Source: Planctomycetota bacterium
Lineage (GTDB): Bacteria > Planctomycetota > Phycisphaerae > Phycisphaerales > SM1A02
Length of the DNA: 64,000 nucleotides
Direction: 5' to 3'
Assembly: GCA_027622195.1 (NCBI GenBank)
Contig: JAQBZO010000005.1
Coordinates: forward strand, 18,861-82,860
The stretch's first letter is position 1. Each line of letters opens with the position of its first letter. This document shows positions 47,413-57,377 of the stretch, piece after piece. The position numbers were made by a program, and so were the translations under genes. The notes below the pieces were generated by a model, which worked only from the letters and a program-made list of their open reading frames with translations, was not told where the DNA came from and made no database searches.

Positions 47413-48391
47413 GTGGATTCGGACGGTAGATCTTGGTGCCCAGAGCCCAGACCTTGTCCGACCAAGGAGAGGATCCCTCGACGAAACGGCCACGGTCGGC
47501 CGCTTGGAGTGCAATGCCCATCTTGGCGTCAAGGTTGTCGAGCATGGCGACGAAGATGGCCTCTGGCGTGCTCGGCTGCTTCGCTGCACCAAACTCGAGC
47601 TTGTCATGATGGCTCAGAATGATGTGCTGCAACCCGCGCACGGCTGATGCTGGAATCTTGGCTCCCGATGTCCGCGCCGTCAACGCTGCTCGAATCTGAA
47701 GATTGATCGCGCCTCGCACAATGTGTCCGATGAGATGTCCATCTTCGGTGTATTCAAATCCCTTCGACCATGCCAACTCTTGGGTCTTTCCGAGGTCGTG
47801 AAGGAACAATCCAGCGAGAACAAGGTCTCGACTGAGTTGCGGATACAACGGCAAGAGTCGTTCAGCTCCCTCAAGCAGGTTGAGCGTGTGCTCGAGGAGT
47901 CCTCCGATGAACGCGTGATGAACATTCACTGCAGCAGGTGCCGTCTTGAATGAACTCATGAGTGGTTCGTCCGCAAGATAGGCATCCATCAGGGCCTTCA
48001 TTCCAGGATGTTCGATGGTGCCGACGATGGCGGACACTCGCGCGAACATCGCGTCGATGTCACGCGATGTCACAGGAAGGAGATGTCGCAAGTCGTCTGC
48101 GGCAACTTCCACCGGCTGAATCGTGTCCACCATCACCTGAACTGAACCTTGGTAATCCTCGGTGCGCCCGGTGATCCACACAAATCCAGTCGATGAAATG
48201 GATCCGATGAGCCCGTCATCAAAACTCCATTTTCGAATGGGCACTTCACCTGTCGCATCTTTGAGAAGTCCCTTGAGATAGGACTTCCCCTGCTTCGTGA
48301 CGCCGACTTGTGGATTCACAATGGCGTAGACGCCATCGAATGCTGTATTTGGCTGTAATTCCCGAAGTTTCTGATGCGGTCGATCGTTCAT
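47396..48391 (-). CDS. YhaM/Cbf1-like 3-prime-5-prime exoribonuclease (OB-fold plus HD domain)
   Basis: Track ORF 47396..48430 trimmed to ATG 48391. OB-fold N-terminus (FDGVYAIVNPQVGVTKQGKSYLKGLLKDATGEVPIRKWSF) and HD motifs (VHHAFIGGLLEHTL, LFLHDLGK, ILSHH). Overlaps the convergent upstream gene by 17 nt. Confidence 0.7.
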   Translation of the reverse strand: MNDRPHQKLRELQPNTAFDGVYAIVNPQVGVTKQGKSYLKGLLKDATGEVPIRKWSFDDGLIGSISSTGFVWITGRTEDYQGSVQVMVDTIQPVEVAADDLRHLLPVTSRDIDAMFARVSAIVGTIEHPGMKALMDAYLADEPLMSSFKTAPAAVNVHHAFIGGLLEHTLNLLEGAERLLPLYPQLSRDLVLAGLFLHDLGKTQELAWSKGFEYTEDGHLIGHIVRGAINLQIRAALTARTSGAKIPASAVRGLQHIILSHHDKLEFGAAKQPSTPEAIFVAMLDNLDAKMGIALQAADRGRFVEGSSPWSDKVWALGTKIYRPNPLTLAE

Positions 48392-48413
48392 TGGAGCGGC
48401 AAGGTTACCCGCA

Positions 48414-49406
48414 TCACGGGCACACCGCACCCCACCCCTTCAGGCGTGCATCTCGCATCACATCGGGAATTCGGTCGATGAGGTCCCGTGCCAAAAGTCC
48501 CGCGGTGCCATGATCATGCGACCACCGCGATGCCGAGAGTCCGTGGACAGTCACCGCGACCCGTGCGCAGTCAAACAGGGAAAGTGTGGGGATGATGGGC
48601 GATCCAGGACCGAATTGAGCGACGATCGAGGCGCAAATGCCAGTGAGGACATCACCGCTTCCTCCAGTCGCGAGGGCGGCCGTTCCAGCATGGACCTGCC
48701 ACACTTCGCAGGTGGTTGCCACAGTGGTCAAGGATCCCTTGAGAATCACAACACACGCCAGCCGTGTCGCGAGTGCCTGCGCGCATTGACGCATCGATGC
48801 GGGATCACTGACATCCAGTCGCGCAGAAAGATCCAGCGCCGATGCAAGTCGCTCAAACTCTCCAGGGTGCGGAGTCAGAATCGAAGTGGCTTGAAGATCC
48901 AATGCGAATTGCGGAGTCATCGCAAGACAGTTCAATGCGTCGGCATCAAGAACAAGCGGGATTGGTGACCCTGATGCGAGCCGCATCACGACTTGTTGAG
49001 CGCCGAGCGATGTGCCGAGTCCAGGACCGACTGCACAAACGCGTGCGCGTTGAATGCGCGCATCAATCGCTTCAGCAGCGGCGCTTGGGAGGACAACATT
49101 GAGTTCATCCACTGGCAAAGCAATCGCCGTGGCTTCTGGAACAATCGCGAGCGCCGCATCCACAACCGGTCGCGGCACCGCGAGCCATGCAAGTCCACAT
49201 CCGGTGCGAAGTGCTGCGAGAGCGCACAGCGATGGACCCCCCACCATCACATCGATTCCGTCACAACGACCACCGACGATGAGGACTGAACCAAATGTTC
49301 CCTTGTGACCATTCGGGTCGCGCGGTGGAAGGGGTGAAATCGCCGCGAGATCATCGAACACGGACCACCTCAAATGAAACGCCGCCGATGAGTCCTGCCA
49401 CTTCAA
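48414..49406 (-). CDS. ADP-dependent NAD(P)H-hydrate dehydratase (YjeF C-terminal domain family)
   Basis: 330 aa. HKGTFGSVLIVGG and TGGSGDVLTG motifs. The start is uncertain because the ORF overlaps the upstream gene. Confidence 0.8.
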   Translation of the reverse strand: MKWQDSSAAFHLRWSVFDDLAAISPLPPRDPNGHKGTFGSVLIVGGRCDGIDVMVGGPSLCALAALRTGCGLAWLAVPRPVVDAALAIVPEATAIALPVDELNVVLPSAAAEAIDARIQRARVCAVGPGLGTSLGAQQVVMRLASGSPIPLVLDADALNCLAMTPQFALDLQATSILTPHPGEFERLASALDLSARLDVSDPASMRQCAQALATRLACVVILKGSLTTVATTCEVWQVHAGTAALATGGSGDVLTGICASIVAQFGPGSPIIPTLSLFDCARVAVTVHGLSASRWSHDHGTAGLLARDLIDRIPDVMRDARLKGWGAVCP

Positions 49407-50865
49407 TGAGCGCTGGATCCATCACTCCTCCTGACTGCGATGAAGTGCCAAGGAGGAGATGTCCAGGATGGAAGGCGCGGCCAGGAAGTGTGGCGTCGAG
49501 ATCGACCCACTGCCCATCGATGATCGCTTGGGTCCACATGTGCCACGCGAAGACATTGGTGGATCCTGCGAATCGATCCGCTGACACCACGCCAGTCGCC
49601 ACGCGCGCAGGAATCCCTTGCGATCGCAGGAGTGCGGCGAGGAGAGCGGCATGCTCTGTGCAATCTCCAGATCGAGTGGCGAGCGCTTCAGATGCGCTGG
49701 CAAAGGCTGATCCGAGATCTTTTCGACGGATGGCCTTGTACACCATTCGACGCAAGATCTCTGCTCGGTGGGCGATGGCTGGAGGCTCATCCGCAAGCGC
49801 GCGCACCGCAAGACTTGAAACACGCTCATCGTCTGAGTCGATCAACACACTCGATGCGGTGAACAGCACATCGGCGCGCTCTGCTTCGGATGCCACACTC
49901 GTTGTCCCAACACGCACCGTAACGCGCCACGGTCCTGCTTCATCGCGCTGTGCCGTTTGTGCTCCAATCGAAGGGATAGCGAGCGGCGCACCCGATGGAC
50001 GAGAGACGAGATACTCAGCCTCTTGCGCGCGAGAGAGTGCTGCGGCGTCCGCGACACCTTGAATCGGAGCGAGACTTCGCGCGAGCAATTCTGGCGCAGC
50101 GCCTGTCGCACCGAGCACTTTTTCGCGCGTCGAACGAACCATCGCGATGTCGCCCATCTCAGTCTTGTTGATCAATTCAACGAGGACTCCTGATGCGTCG
50201 TAGCGCTCGCGAATCGGAAAAGGTGCGATGTCGAGTTTTGTGTCCCACCACAACAGTGTTGACGCTGGTGCGTTTTTCGAATCGAGTTCTACTGCGCGCG
50301 TTGAAGTCATCGTCGCCACACGAAGTCCGGCCTCAAAGTCGAGCGTGCGAATCACGAAGGGACTCTCTCCGCGCGCGCGTGCTGCGGCACTCGCTCGCTG
50401 CGCTGCCACGGGCGCAAGCCAATCTCCCTCTGGACGCGCCACTTCTCGCTGTGATTTTTTTCGTCCAGTGTCGATTCGTTCGAGGACCCGTCCCTCTGCG
50501 AATTCCCACGTGGTCTTCGTCGGAGCGCCACCAAACTCAGTCTCGAGGGATGCTGATCGAATCTCCCCCGTGGCGGTTTCGGAACTCTCCTGTTTCGAAT
50601 GCACCGTGACCGTTTGTCCTGCGCGCGCCACGCGCAATTCCATCTCGAATCCAGTGTGAAGCAGATCGTTCGTTGCGTTGGTCCATTGGTGCATCCATCC
50701 GCAAGGCTGACTTGCAAGAGTGAGCTGATACCACTCGTCTGACTGTTGTTCGTCGGTCGCTCCGCGCGCGAATACCGAGACCATCGAGATCATGCACATC
50801 AAGGCGATCCCGCCCACGAACATCGAGCGATTCGAACGCGGTGAATGGACGTTAGCGGTCATCAT
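49351..50865 (-). CDS. secreted transglutaminase-like domain protein
   Basis: Track ORF 49351..50892. I favour ATG 50865, which gives a signal peptide (MMTANVHSPRSNRSMFVGGIALMCMISMVSVFA). The C-terminal transglutaminase core has SGDCTEHAALLAALLRSQGIPARVATG...WHMWTQAIIDGQWVDLDAT (Cys-His-Asp). Confidence 0.7.
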   Translation of the reverse strand: MMTANVHSPRSNRSMFVGGIALMCMISMVSVFARGATDEQQSDEWYQLTLASQPCGWMHQWTNATNDLLHTGFEMELRVARAGQTVTVHSKQESSETATGEIRSASLETEFGGAPTKTTWEFAEGRVLERIDTGRKKSQREVARPEGDWLAPVAAQRASAAARARGESPFVIRTLDFEAGLRVATMTSTRAVELDSKNAPASTLLWWDTKLDIAPFPIRERYDASGVLVELINKTEMGDIAMVRSTREKVLGATGAAPELLARSLAPIQGVADAAALSRAQEAEYLVSRPSGAPLAIPSIGAQTAQRDEAGPWRVTVRVGTTSVASEAERADVLFTASSVLIDSDDERVSSLAVRALADEPPAIAHRAEILRRMVYKAIRRKDLGSAFASASEALATRSGDCTEHAALLAALLRSQGIPARVATGVVSADRFAGSTNVFAWHMWTQAIIDGQWVDLDATLPGRAFHPGHLLLGTSSQSGGVMDPALIEVAGLIGGVSFEVVRVR

Positions 50866-52456
50866 GGCGAAGCAGCGGGAAAAGGACAACATCGCGAATC
50901 GTCGGACTATTCGTGAGGAGCATCACAATGCGGTCCACGCCGAGTCCGATTCCTCCCGCGGGAGGCATTCCGACGCGAAGTGCTGTGATGAAGTCGTGAT
51001 CCATCGATCGGAAAGTGCTCGCCTCTTCATTGGCTCCGACCAGTTGCTCTTTGAACTTCGCCGTCTGAATATCAGGATCATTGAGTTCTGTGTACCCGGG
51101 ACCAATCTCCATGCCAGCCACAAAGAGATCCCATCGCTCGGCGATTTCAGGCTGCTTTCGAGATGGACGAGTGAGCGGACTCACCGCACTCGGATAATCC
51201 AACACAAAGGTAGGACGCGCTGGATCAATGAGTGGCTCGGCCTTGCTTTCAAAAAGCGCTTCAACCAAGAGCCAGAGATCTTTCTTGTCGAATCCTGCAA
51301 TACGAAGTTCTTGGGCGAGCAAGCGCACTTTCTTTTCGTCACGCATTCCAAATCCGCAGCCACGCTCGAACAACTCTTCAAATCGCACCTGCACGAATGG
51401 TTTTTGCCATTGGATACGCAGTTCACCAAAGGGAAGGACAGGACCTTCCGCAGAAACACCGTCCCCTTGACTCCACCCTTCCTTCACCACAGTCACGGCG
51501 AGTTCGTGGAGCAAACTCTCGGTCAATTCAATCATCGTGCCGTAATCACCGAAGGCTTCGTACGCCTCGATCGCGGTGAATTCTGGATTGTGCGATCGAT
51601 CGACACCTTCATTGCGAAAATTACGATTGATCTCAAAGACCTTTGGCATTCCGCCCACAAGAAGTCGCTTGAGATACAACTCAGGAGCGACTCGCATGAA
51701 GAGTTGCATGTCGAGCGAGTTGTGATGGGTCACAAAGGGACGAGCAGCCGCGCCGCCAGCGACGGGATGCATCATCGGTGTTTCGACTTCGAGGTATCCA
51801 CGCGACTCCATGAACCGACGCATCGCGCTCACGATGCCCGAACGCGCCTGAAATGTACGAATCGTCGCGGGATTCGCAAACATGTCGACGTAGCGGCGAC
51901 GGTATCGCGTTTCAGCATCTGACAATCCATGCCACTTCGAGGGAGGCGGCTCGAGATTCTTGCACTGCATCGTGAGTCGGTCCGCCCAGATACAAATCTC
52001 GCCACGGTTCGTTCGACCGATCGGACCCTCGGCAGTCACGATGTCCCCGTAATCGAGTCCCTTCGCTAAATCAAAACGAGTTTGGTCGACTTGCGCCTTT
52101 GAAATCGAGATCTGCAAGTCACCGCTCGCGTCTCGGATCCAGAAGAAGACGAGTTTTCCGAGATCTCTGTGTTGCACGACACGTCCAGCGACACGAGCGC
52201 GCGGTCGCCCATCTGCGGGAGGAGTTCCGCCGCCTTCCTTGGCGGCTTTCGCTGCGACATCATGGGCGGTGTGCGCCGATTCAGAAAACATGGAGCGCGC
52301 CGTCAAAAGATTCACCAATCCATCGACGCGGCTTCCGAACGGTTCGATGCCCAAAGCCCGAAGTGCTTCGAGTTTGGCACGACGAGCTGCCTCCAAGGCG
52401 TGCAGGTCTTCGGGCTCTTCAATGTTCGACGATGTTTCGTTGGAGGTTTCTGCCAC
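50852..52456 (-). CDS. lysS: lysine--tRNA ligase (class II)
   Basis: 534 aa. OB anticodon-binding domain followed by EVETPMMHPVAGGAAARPF, FEINRNFRNEGVDRSHNPEFT and GIGLGVDRIVM. Confidence 0.95.
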   Translation of the reverse strand: MAETSNETSSNIEEPEDLHALEAARRAKLEALRALGIEPFGSRVDGLVNLLTARSMFSESAHTAHDVAAKAAKEGGGTPPADGRPRARVAGRVVQHRDLGKLVFFWIRDASGDLQISISKAQVDQTRFDLAKGLDYGDIVTAEGPIGRTNRGEICIWADRLTMQCKNLEPPPSKWHGLSDAETRYRRRYVDMFANPATIRTFQARSGIVSAMRRFMESRGYLEVETPMMHPVAGGAAARPFVTHHNSLDMQLFMRVAPELYLKRLLVGGMPKVFEINRNFRNEGVDRSHNPEFTAIEAYEAFGDYGTMIELTESLLHELAVTVVKEGWSQGDGVSAEGPVLPFGELRIQWQKPFVQVRFEELFERGCGFGMRDEKKVRLLAQELRIAGFDKKDLWLLVEALFESKAEPLIDPARPTFVLDYPSAVSPLTRPSRKQPEIAERWDLFVAGMEIGPGYTELNDPDIQTAKFKEQLVGANEEASTFRSMDHDFITALRVGMPPAGGIGLGVDRIVMLLTNSPTIRDVVLFPLLRHDDR

Positions 52457-52559
52457 GATGAACTCATTCCAAATGATTGCCTGTTGATCCTACCGAACGC
52501 AGATCGGGCGATCCTCGATACGATCCATCCTGACACGCACTTTCGCGTGGCGAACACCT

Positions 52560-53711
52560 ATGAGCCATAAGCACATTCGACGAATCGGCGTGATGACCTC
52601 TGGAGGCGATTGCCCTGGACTCAATGCGGTCATCCGCGCCGTGACCAAGACCGCGATTTATCAAGCAGGCATCGAGGTTCTCGGCATCGAGGACGGATTC
52701 CAGGGTCTTGTCGAGGACCGAGTGCGCCCATTGAATGCGCGCGCAGTTTCTGGCATTCTGACTCGCGGTGGCACCATTCTTGGATCGAACAATCGCGCCA
52801 ATCCGAAGCGTTACCACGTCGGTCGCGATGCGAATGGAAATCCTGTTTATGAAGATAAGGTCCCCACTTGCATCGAGACGCTTCGCAAACACTCGCTCGA
52901 CGCGCTCATTGTGATTGGCGGAGATGGCAGCATGGGTGCTGCGGCTCCTCTCGTGGAAGCAGGCGTCAACATCATCGGCGTCCCAAAAACAATCGACAAC
53001 GATCTCTTCGGAACTGAAATCACATTCGGTTTTCTGACCGCCGTCGCCACGGCAACGGACGCGCTCGACCGACTCCACTCCACGGCCGATAGCCACCACC
53101 GCGTCGTGGTCTGCGAGGTCATGGGGCGCAATGCAGGATGGATCGCACTCACTGCTGGCGTGGCGAGCGGATCGGATGTCATCCTGATGCCAGAGATTCC
53201 TTTCGACATCGGTCATGTTTCGGACTACATCAAGGAGAGAGTCCACAAGGGCCCAGGTTTCGCCGTGGTCGTTGTCAGTGAGGGCGCTCGTCTGCGCGGC
53301 GGCAATCAAATGGTCGCGCGTGTCGATGACCGAAGCGCGGATCCCATCCGACTCGGCGGTATTGGTGCCTCCGTTGCACAGGCGATTGAGCTCGCGACGG
53401 GAGTCGAAACGCGCACCACGGTCCTCGGTCATGTTCAGCGCGGCGGAACGCCCATTGCTGCCGACCGCATCCTCGCGACTCACTTCGGATATCACGCGAT
53501 CGCCACATTGATGGCTGGAAAAACGGGACGAATGGTTGTTCGCAACAAGAACTCGTTCGGAGATATTGCCCTTCTGCAAGCGGCGGGCAAGCAACGGCTC
53601 GTCCCGACGAACCATTCACTCGTGGCCGCAGCGCGAGCACTTGGCACCAACTTCGGTGATGGTCAAGCTTGGCATCATCCCAATGACGACGAGCCTTCCG
53701 TGGTCGTCTAA
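52560..53711 (+). CDS. pfkA: 6-phosphofructokinase
   Basis: 383 aa. IGVMTSGGDCPGLNAVIR, VIGGDGS, GVPKTIDND and MGRNAGW motifs. At the two phosphoryl-donor determinant positions it has Gly (GGDG) plus Lys (PKTIDND), so the donor (ATP or PPi) is not certain. Confidence 0.85.
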   Translation: MSHKHIRRIGVMTSGGDCPGLNAVIRAVTKTAIYQAGIEVLGIEDGFQGLVEDRVRPLNARAVSGILTRGGTILGSNNRANPKRYHVGRDANGNPVYEDKVPTCIETLRKHSLDALIVIGGDGSMGAAAPLVEAGVNIIGVPKTIDNDLFGTEITFGFLTAVATATDALDRLHSTADSHHRVVVCEVMGRNAGWIALTAGVASGSDVILMPEIPFDIGHVSDYIKERVHKGPGFAVVVVSEGARLRGGNQMVARVDDRSADPIRLGGIGASVAQAIELATGVETRTTVLGHVQRGGTPIAADRILATHFGYHAIATLMAGKTGRMVVRNKNSFGDIALLQAAGKQRLVPTNHSLVAAARALGTNFGDGQAWHHPNDDEPSVVV

Positions 53712-53738
53712 TCCTGAACTAGCCTGTACGATCGCCAC

Positions 53739-54434
53739 TTGATGGTGCCGATGCCGACACATCCAATCGTGTGGATCGTTGGGACGATCGTCGCTGCTGC
53801 GCTTGGATCCATCCCATGTGGGTTGATCATCGGACGATCGCAGGGCATTGACATTCGACAGTGTGGATCGGGCAACATCGGCGCGACCAATGTGTGGAGA
53901 GTGCTCGGACGGCGATGTGGATTGTGCTGCTTCGCGCTCGACTTCTTCAAGGGATTCATTCCGGTCCTCTCCGTTGGCAACTTTCTTCATCTCGTCGGAC
54001 GTGCTCCTTCCTCCATCCCCGCCATCGATCAGGCCGCGTGGTTTTGCGTGGTCGTCGCCGCTGTCCTCGGACACATGTTTTCTCCGTTTGCAGGGTTCAA
54101 AGGGGGTAAAGGTGTCGCCACGGGATTCGGCGGACTCGCTGCCATGTGGACGATCGCCACGATTCCAGTCTTGGCTTCGTTTGTGATTTTTCTCGTGGTG
54201 ATGAAAGTGTCGAGATATGTGTCGTTGGGGGCATTGGTTTCAGTATCTGCACTTCCATTCTTGATCGCCGCCTGGAGTGCAACCCTCTCGGACTCGGGCA
54301 CGATCATCTCCCGCGTGACATCGGTCTGGCCGACGATCCTTTTTTCAGCGGTGCTTGCCGCACTCATCATCTTCAAACACCGTTCTAACATTCAACGATT
54401 GGTCGCTGGCACCGAGAACAAGATTCCATCATGA
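53739..54434 (+). CDS. plsY: glycerol-3-phosphate acyltransferase PlsY
   Basis: 231 aa. GSGNIGATNVWRVLG and KGGKGVATG motifs. An ATG at 53742 is an alternative start. Confidence 0.9.
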   Translation: MMVPMPTHPIVWIVGTIVAAALGSIPCGLIIGRSQGIDIRQCGSGNIGATNVWRVLGRRCGLCCFALDFFKGFIPVLSVGNFLHLVGRAPSSIPAIDQAAWFCVVVAAVLGHMFSPFAGFKGGKGVATGFGGLAAMWTIATIPVLASFVIFLVVMKVSRYVSLGALVSVSALPFLIAAWSATLSDSGTIISRVTSVWPTILFSAVLAALIIFKHRSNIQRLVAGTENKIPS

Positions 54435-55879
54435 GCGAAGATTCACATCACTACGGGTATCGCAGTCCACTCGAAGCGCGCAATGCAAGCGCGGCGATGC
54501 GACGTGTCTGGAGCGACCAACGCAAGTTTTCTGCATGGCGTCGCATTTGGCACGCACTCGCTCAGGCGCAGCATGAGGCAGGACTTTCGGTCACACGCGC
54601 GCAGGTGGACGCGATTGGAGCGCACCTCGACGACATTGACTTTGCCTCTGCTGCGAAGCACGAGAAGATGCTCCGACACGATGTCATGGCGCATATTCAC
54701 ACGCTGGGTGAAGTGGCTCCTGAAGCGCGAGCGATCATTCATTTGGGTGCGACGAGTCAGGATGTCGTCTGCAACGCGGATGTGATCATCCAACACGAAG
54801 CGCTCGGCATCATTGAACTCAAACTCGCACGCGTCATCGATCGACTTTCAACGCTCGCCGCGCAGCATCGCGACTTGCCCTGCCTCGGATTCACCCACTA
54901 TCAACCCGCGCAACCCATCACTTTTGGAAAGCGGGCGATGCTCTGGGCACAGGATTTTTCAGTCGCGCACCAAGAAGTCGCCGCCGCGCGCCTTGGGCTG
55001 AAACTGCGCGGACTCAGAGGAGCGACAGGCACTCAGGCTTCGTACCTTTCTCTCTTGGGAGGACACTCTTCCAAGGTCGATGCCCTCGAAGAGGCTTTCA
55101 CCCGCCACCTTGGATGGTCAGGTCAACGGTGGGATGGATGTGCACAAACCTATCCACGCATCGCCGATGCCAAAATGCTTTCAGCGCTCGCGGTTGCGGC
55201 GTGCGCAGTCCACAAGACTTGCAACGATTTGCGCCTCTTGTGCAATCTGCGAGAGATCGATGAACCCTTCGAGCAAGATCAGATTGGCTCGAGCGCGATG
55301 CCGTACAAGCGCAATCCAATGCGGTGCGAACGGGCGACCGGACTCGCTCGGTTCGTCATGAATCTCACGCACAACGCGTATGACACCGCGAGCACGCAGT
55401 GGCTCGAACGGACACTGGATGACAGTTCGAATCGTCGCCTGTCCATCCCCGAAAGTTTTCTGGCCCTCGACGGCGCACTCGACATCATGATCAATGTCGC
55501 TGCTGGAATGGTCGTCTATCCGCGAGTCTGCGCGGCGCGACTCGATGCAGAAATGCCCTTCCTCGCCACTGAAAACATCATGTTGGCCGCAGTCCTCGCT
55601 GGTGCCGATCGACAGGATGCGCACGAGGTCATACTCAAACACGCCGTGAGTGCAGCGCAGCGCATGAAGCAAGAAGGAACTCCCAATGACCTTCTCGACC
55701 GATTGAAGTCCGAGCCACTGTTTCAACGACTTGGCATCGATCCGCGCGCGTCCCTGAATCCAAAGGACTTCGTGGGTCGTTCACCAGAACAAGTGGACCG
55801 CATGATCCAATCGATTGCCGCGCCTTTGCGCGCGAAGTACAAAGATGCTCTTCAGGACAATCCACAGTTGCGCGTCTAG
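54431..55879 (+). CDS. purB: adenylosuccinate lyase
   Basis: 482 aa. Fumarate-lyase signature GSSAMPYKRNPMRCE. ATGA overlap with plsY. Confidence 0.9.
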   Translation: MSEDSHHYGYRSPLEARNASAAMRRVWSDQRKFSAWRRIWHALAQAQHEAGLSVTRAQVDAIGAHLDDIDFASAAKHEKMLRHDVMAHIHTLGEVAPEARAIIHLGATSQDVVCNADVIIQHEALGIIELKLARVIDRLSTLAAQHRDLPCLGFTHYQPAQPITFGKRAMLWAQDFSVAHQEVAAARLGLKLRGLRGATGTQASYLSLLGGHSSKVDALEEAFTRHLGWSGQRWDGCAQTYPRIADAKMLSALAVAACAVHKTCNDLRLLCNLREIDEPFEQDQIGSSAMPYKRNPMRCERATGLARFVMNLTHNAYDTASTQWLERTLDDSSNRRLSIPESFLALDGALDIMINVAAGMVVYPRVCAARLDAEMPFLATENIMLAAVLAGADRQDAHEVILKHAVSAAQRMKQEGTPNDLLDRLKSEPLFQRLGIDPRASLNPKDFVGRSPEQVDRMIQSIAAPLRAKYKDALQDNPQLRV

Positions 55880-55890
55880 TGAGTTTTCTC

Positions 55891-56484
55891 ATGCCAGCCC
55901 CTCGACTTGACAGTGTCCATGTGGCGTTGATTGTGATCGATGTGCAGCCGCGCATCATGTCCGCAGTGCATGCGCACGAAACGATCACCACCAATATCGC
56001 AGCGATGATCGAGGGGTGTCGCTGTCTCGACATTCCCACCGCGCTCACCGAGCATTGCGTGGATCGATTTGGAGAAAGCGTCCCTGAGATCGCAGCGCAA
56101 GCTGCACAAGGGGCAACTCGATTTGCGAAGACTCGCTTCAGTGCCGCAACGGCTGAACTTGTCGGTTGGTTGCGCTCAACCGACAAACGACAGGTGATCC
56201 TGTGTGGAGTCGAAGCGCATGTGTGTGTCCTTCAGACCGCGATTGATCTTGCGAACGAAGGGATTCGTCCGTTCCTCTTGATCGACGCGATCTCTGCCAC
56301 CCTTCCAAGTCAAATTGCGCCAGCGATTCGTCGAATGGAATCCGCAGGAGCAGTTTCGTCAAGTGTGATTGGCGCGTTGTACGAATTGATGCAGGATGCG
56401 AACCATCCCGCCTTTCGATCCGTGCTCGTCGCCGCCAAGCGGGTACGAGATTTTTCAGATCAAACGGAAAACGTAGTCCGATAA
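55891..56484 (+). CDS. isochorismatase-family hydrolase
   Basis: Track ORF 55879..56484 (GTG); ATG 55891 is preferred. ALIVIDVQ and VILCGVEAHVCVLQTAIDL (catalytic Cys) motifs. Confidence 0.75.
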   Translation: MPAPRLDSVHVALIVIDVQPRIMSAVHAHETITTNIAAMIEGCRCLDIPTALTEHCVDRFGESVPEIAAQAAQGATRFAKTRFSAATAELVGWLRSTDKRQVILCGVEAHVCVLQTAIDLANEGIRPFLLIDAISATLPSQIAPAIRRMESAGAVSSSVIGALYELMQDANHPAFRSVLVAAKRVRDFSDQTENVVR

Positions 56485-56591
56485 CTTAGTTTTCATTGAC
56501 CGAAAAAACTCTTTTCCACCATTTGGCAACGAAAAAACTCAGCGAGCGTGTCGGAACGCGTTGCTCATTCTCGCCACCGTGGATGGAGGGA

Positions 56592-56777
56592 TTACTCCCC
56601 GCCAGGTCCGCGAGCTTGCAGAATGGTGTCGCGAACGACTTTCGCCTGTTCTCGAATTTCCTGCATTGCCTTACGGGCACGCGTTCCAGCAGCCTTGTTT
56701 CCTTCGTGCGCCTTTTCAACATCCAAGCGAGCAGCCTCTGCAAGTTCAATCAGCTTCTGATAGGTCTCCATGATCAT
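56592..56777 (-). CDS. histone H1-like nucleoid protein, Hc1 family
   Basis: 61 aa. MIMETYQKLIELAEAARLDVEKAHEGNKAAGTRARKAMQEIREQAKVVRDTIL, with the GNKAAGTRxRK core resembling chlamydial Hc1. AGGAGG lies 6 nt upstream of the ATG. Confidence 0.7.
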   Translation of the reverse strand: MIMETYQKLIELAEAARLDVEKAHEGNKAAGTRARKAMQEIREQAKVVRDTILQARGPGGE

Positions 56778-56891
56778 GGGCGACCTCCTTTCGTTGAGCC
56801 TAAAGGGTATCGAATGGCGTTATTCTTCGCAAAGGGGTCCCCAAAGGGCTCCACCTGTTCTCGGACCACCGAACCCCGCTTGGAACCACTT

Positions 56892-57365
56892 ATGGCCGCC
56901 GAACCACTCATCGACTTGTCGACCATTGACCTCCAATCGACCCTGATCCATCCCACTGGACTCGACCTCATCCTCGCTCAGAGTGGACATATGCGCATGA
57001 TCGACCGTGTGATTTATGCCGATACGTCTCGCGACATCCTCGTTGGTGCAAAGCGCATTCGGTCGGATGAGTTTTGGGTTGCGGGACATATTCCTGGACG
57101 CCCCCTCTTCCCCGGAGTGCTCATGATCGAGTGCGCAGCGCAAAGCTCGAGCGTGTACATGGTGAAGTACCGCAACCAATCTGGTTTTCTCGGATTCATT
57201 CGCTGCAACAATATTTCGTTTCGGGGACAAGTGGTGCCAGGTGATGAGTTCATCGTTGTGACGCACCTCACCTCATTCAATGCAAGAAGATTCGTCAGCG
57301 CGAATCAAGGATTCGTGAATGGGAAGTTGATGTTTGAAGCCGAAATCACTGGAATGGCGATCTAA
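56892..57365 (+). CDS. FabZ/FabA-like hotdog-fold (3R)-hydroxyacyl-ACP dehydratase
   Basis: The N-terminal part of track ORF 56496..57365 overlaps hc1 on the opposite strand. The real start is probably ATG 56892 or 56814. SDEFWVAGHIPGRPLFPGVLMIECAAQ is the dehydratase His/PG motif. Confidence 0.6.
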   Translation: MAAEPLIDLSTIDLQSTLIHPTGLDLILAQSGHMRMIDRVIYADTSRDILVGAKRIRSDEFWVAGHIPGRPLFPGVLMIECAAQSSSVYMVKYRNQSGFLGFIRCNNISFRGQVVPGDEFIVVTHLTSFNARRFVSANQGFVNGKLMFEAEITGMAI

Positions 57366-57377
57366 CGGAACCTTGCG

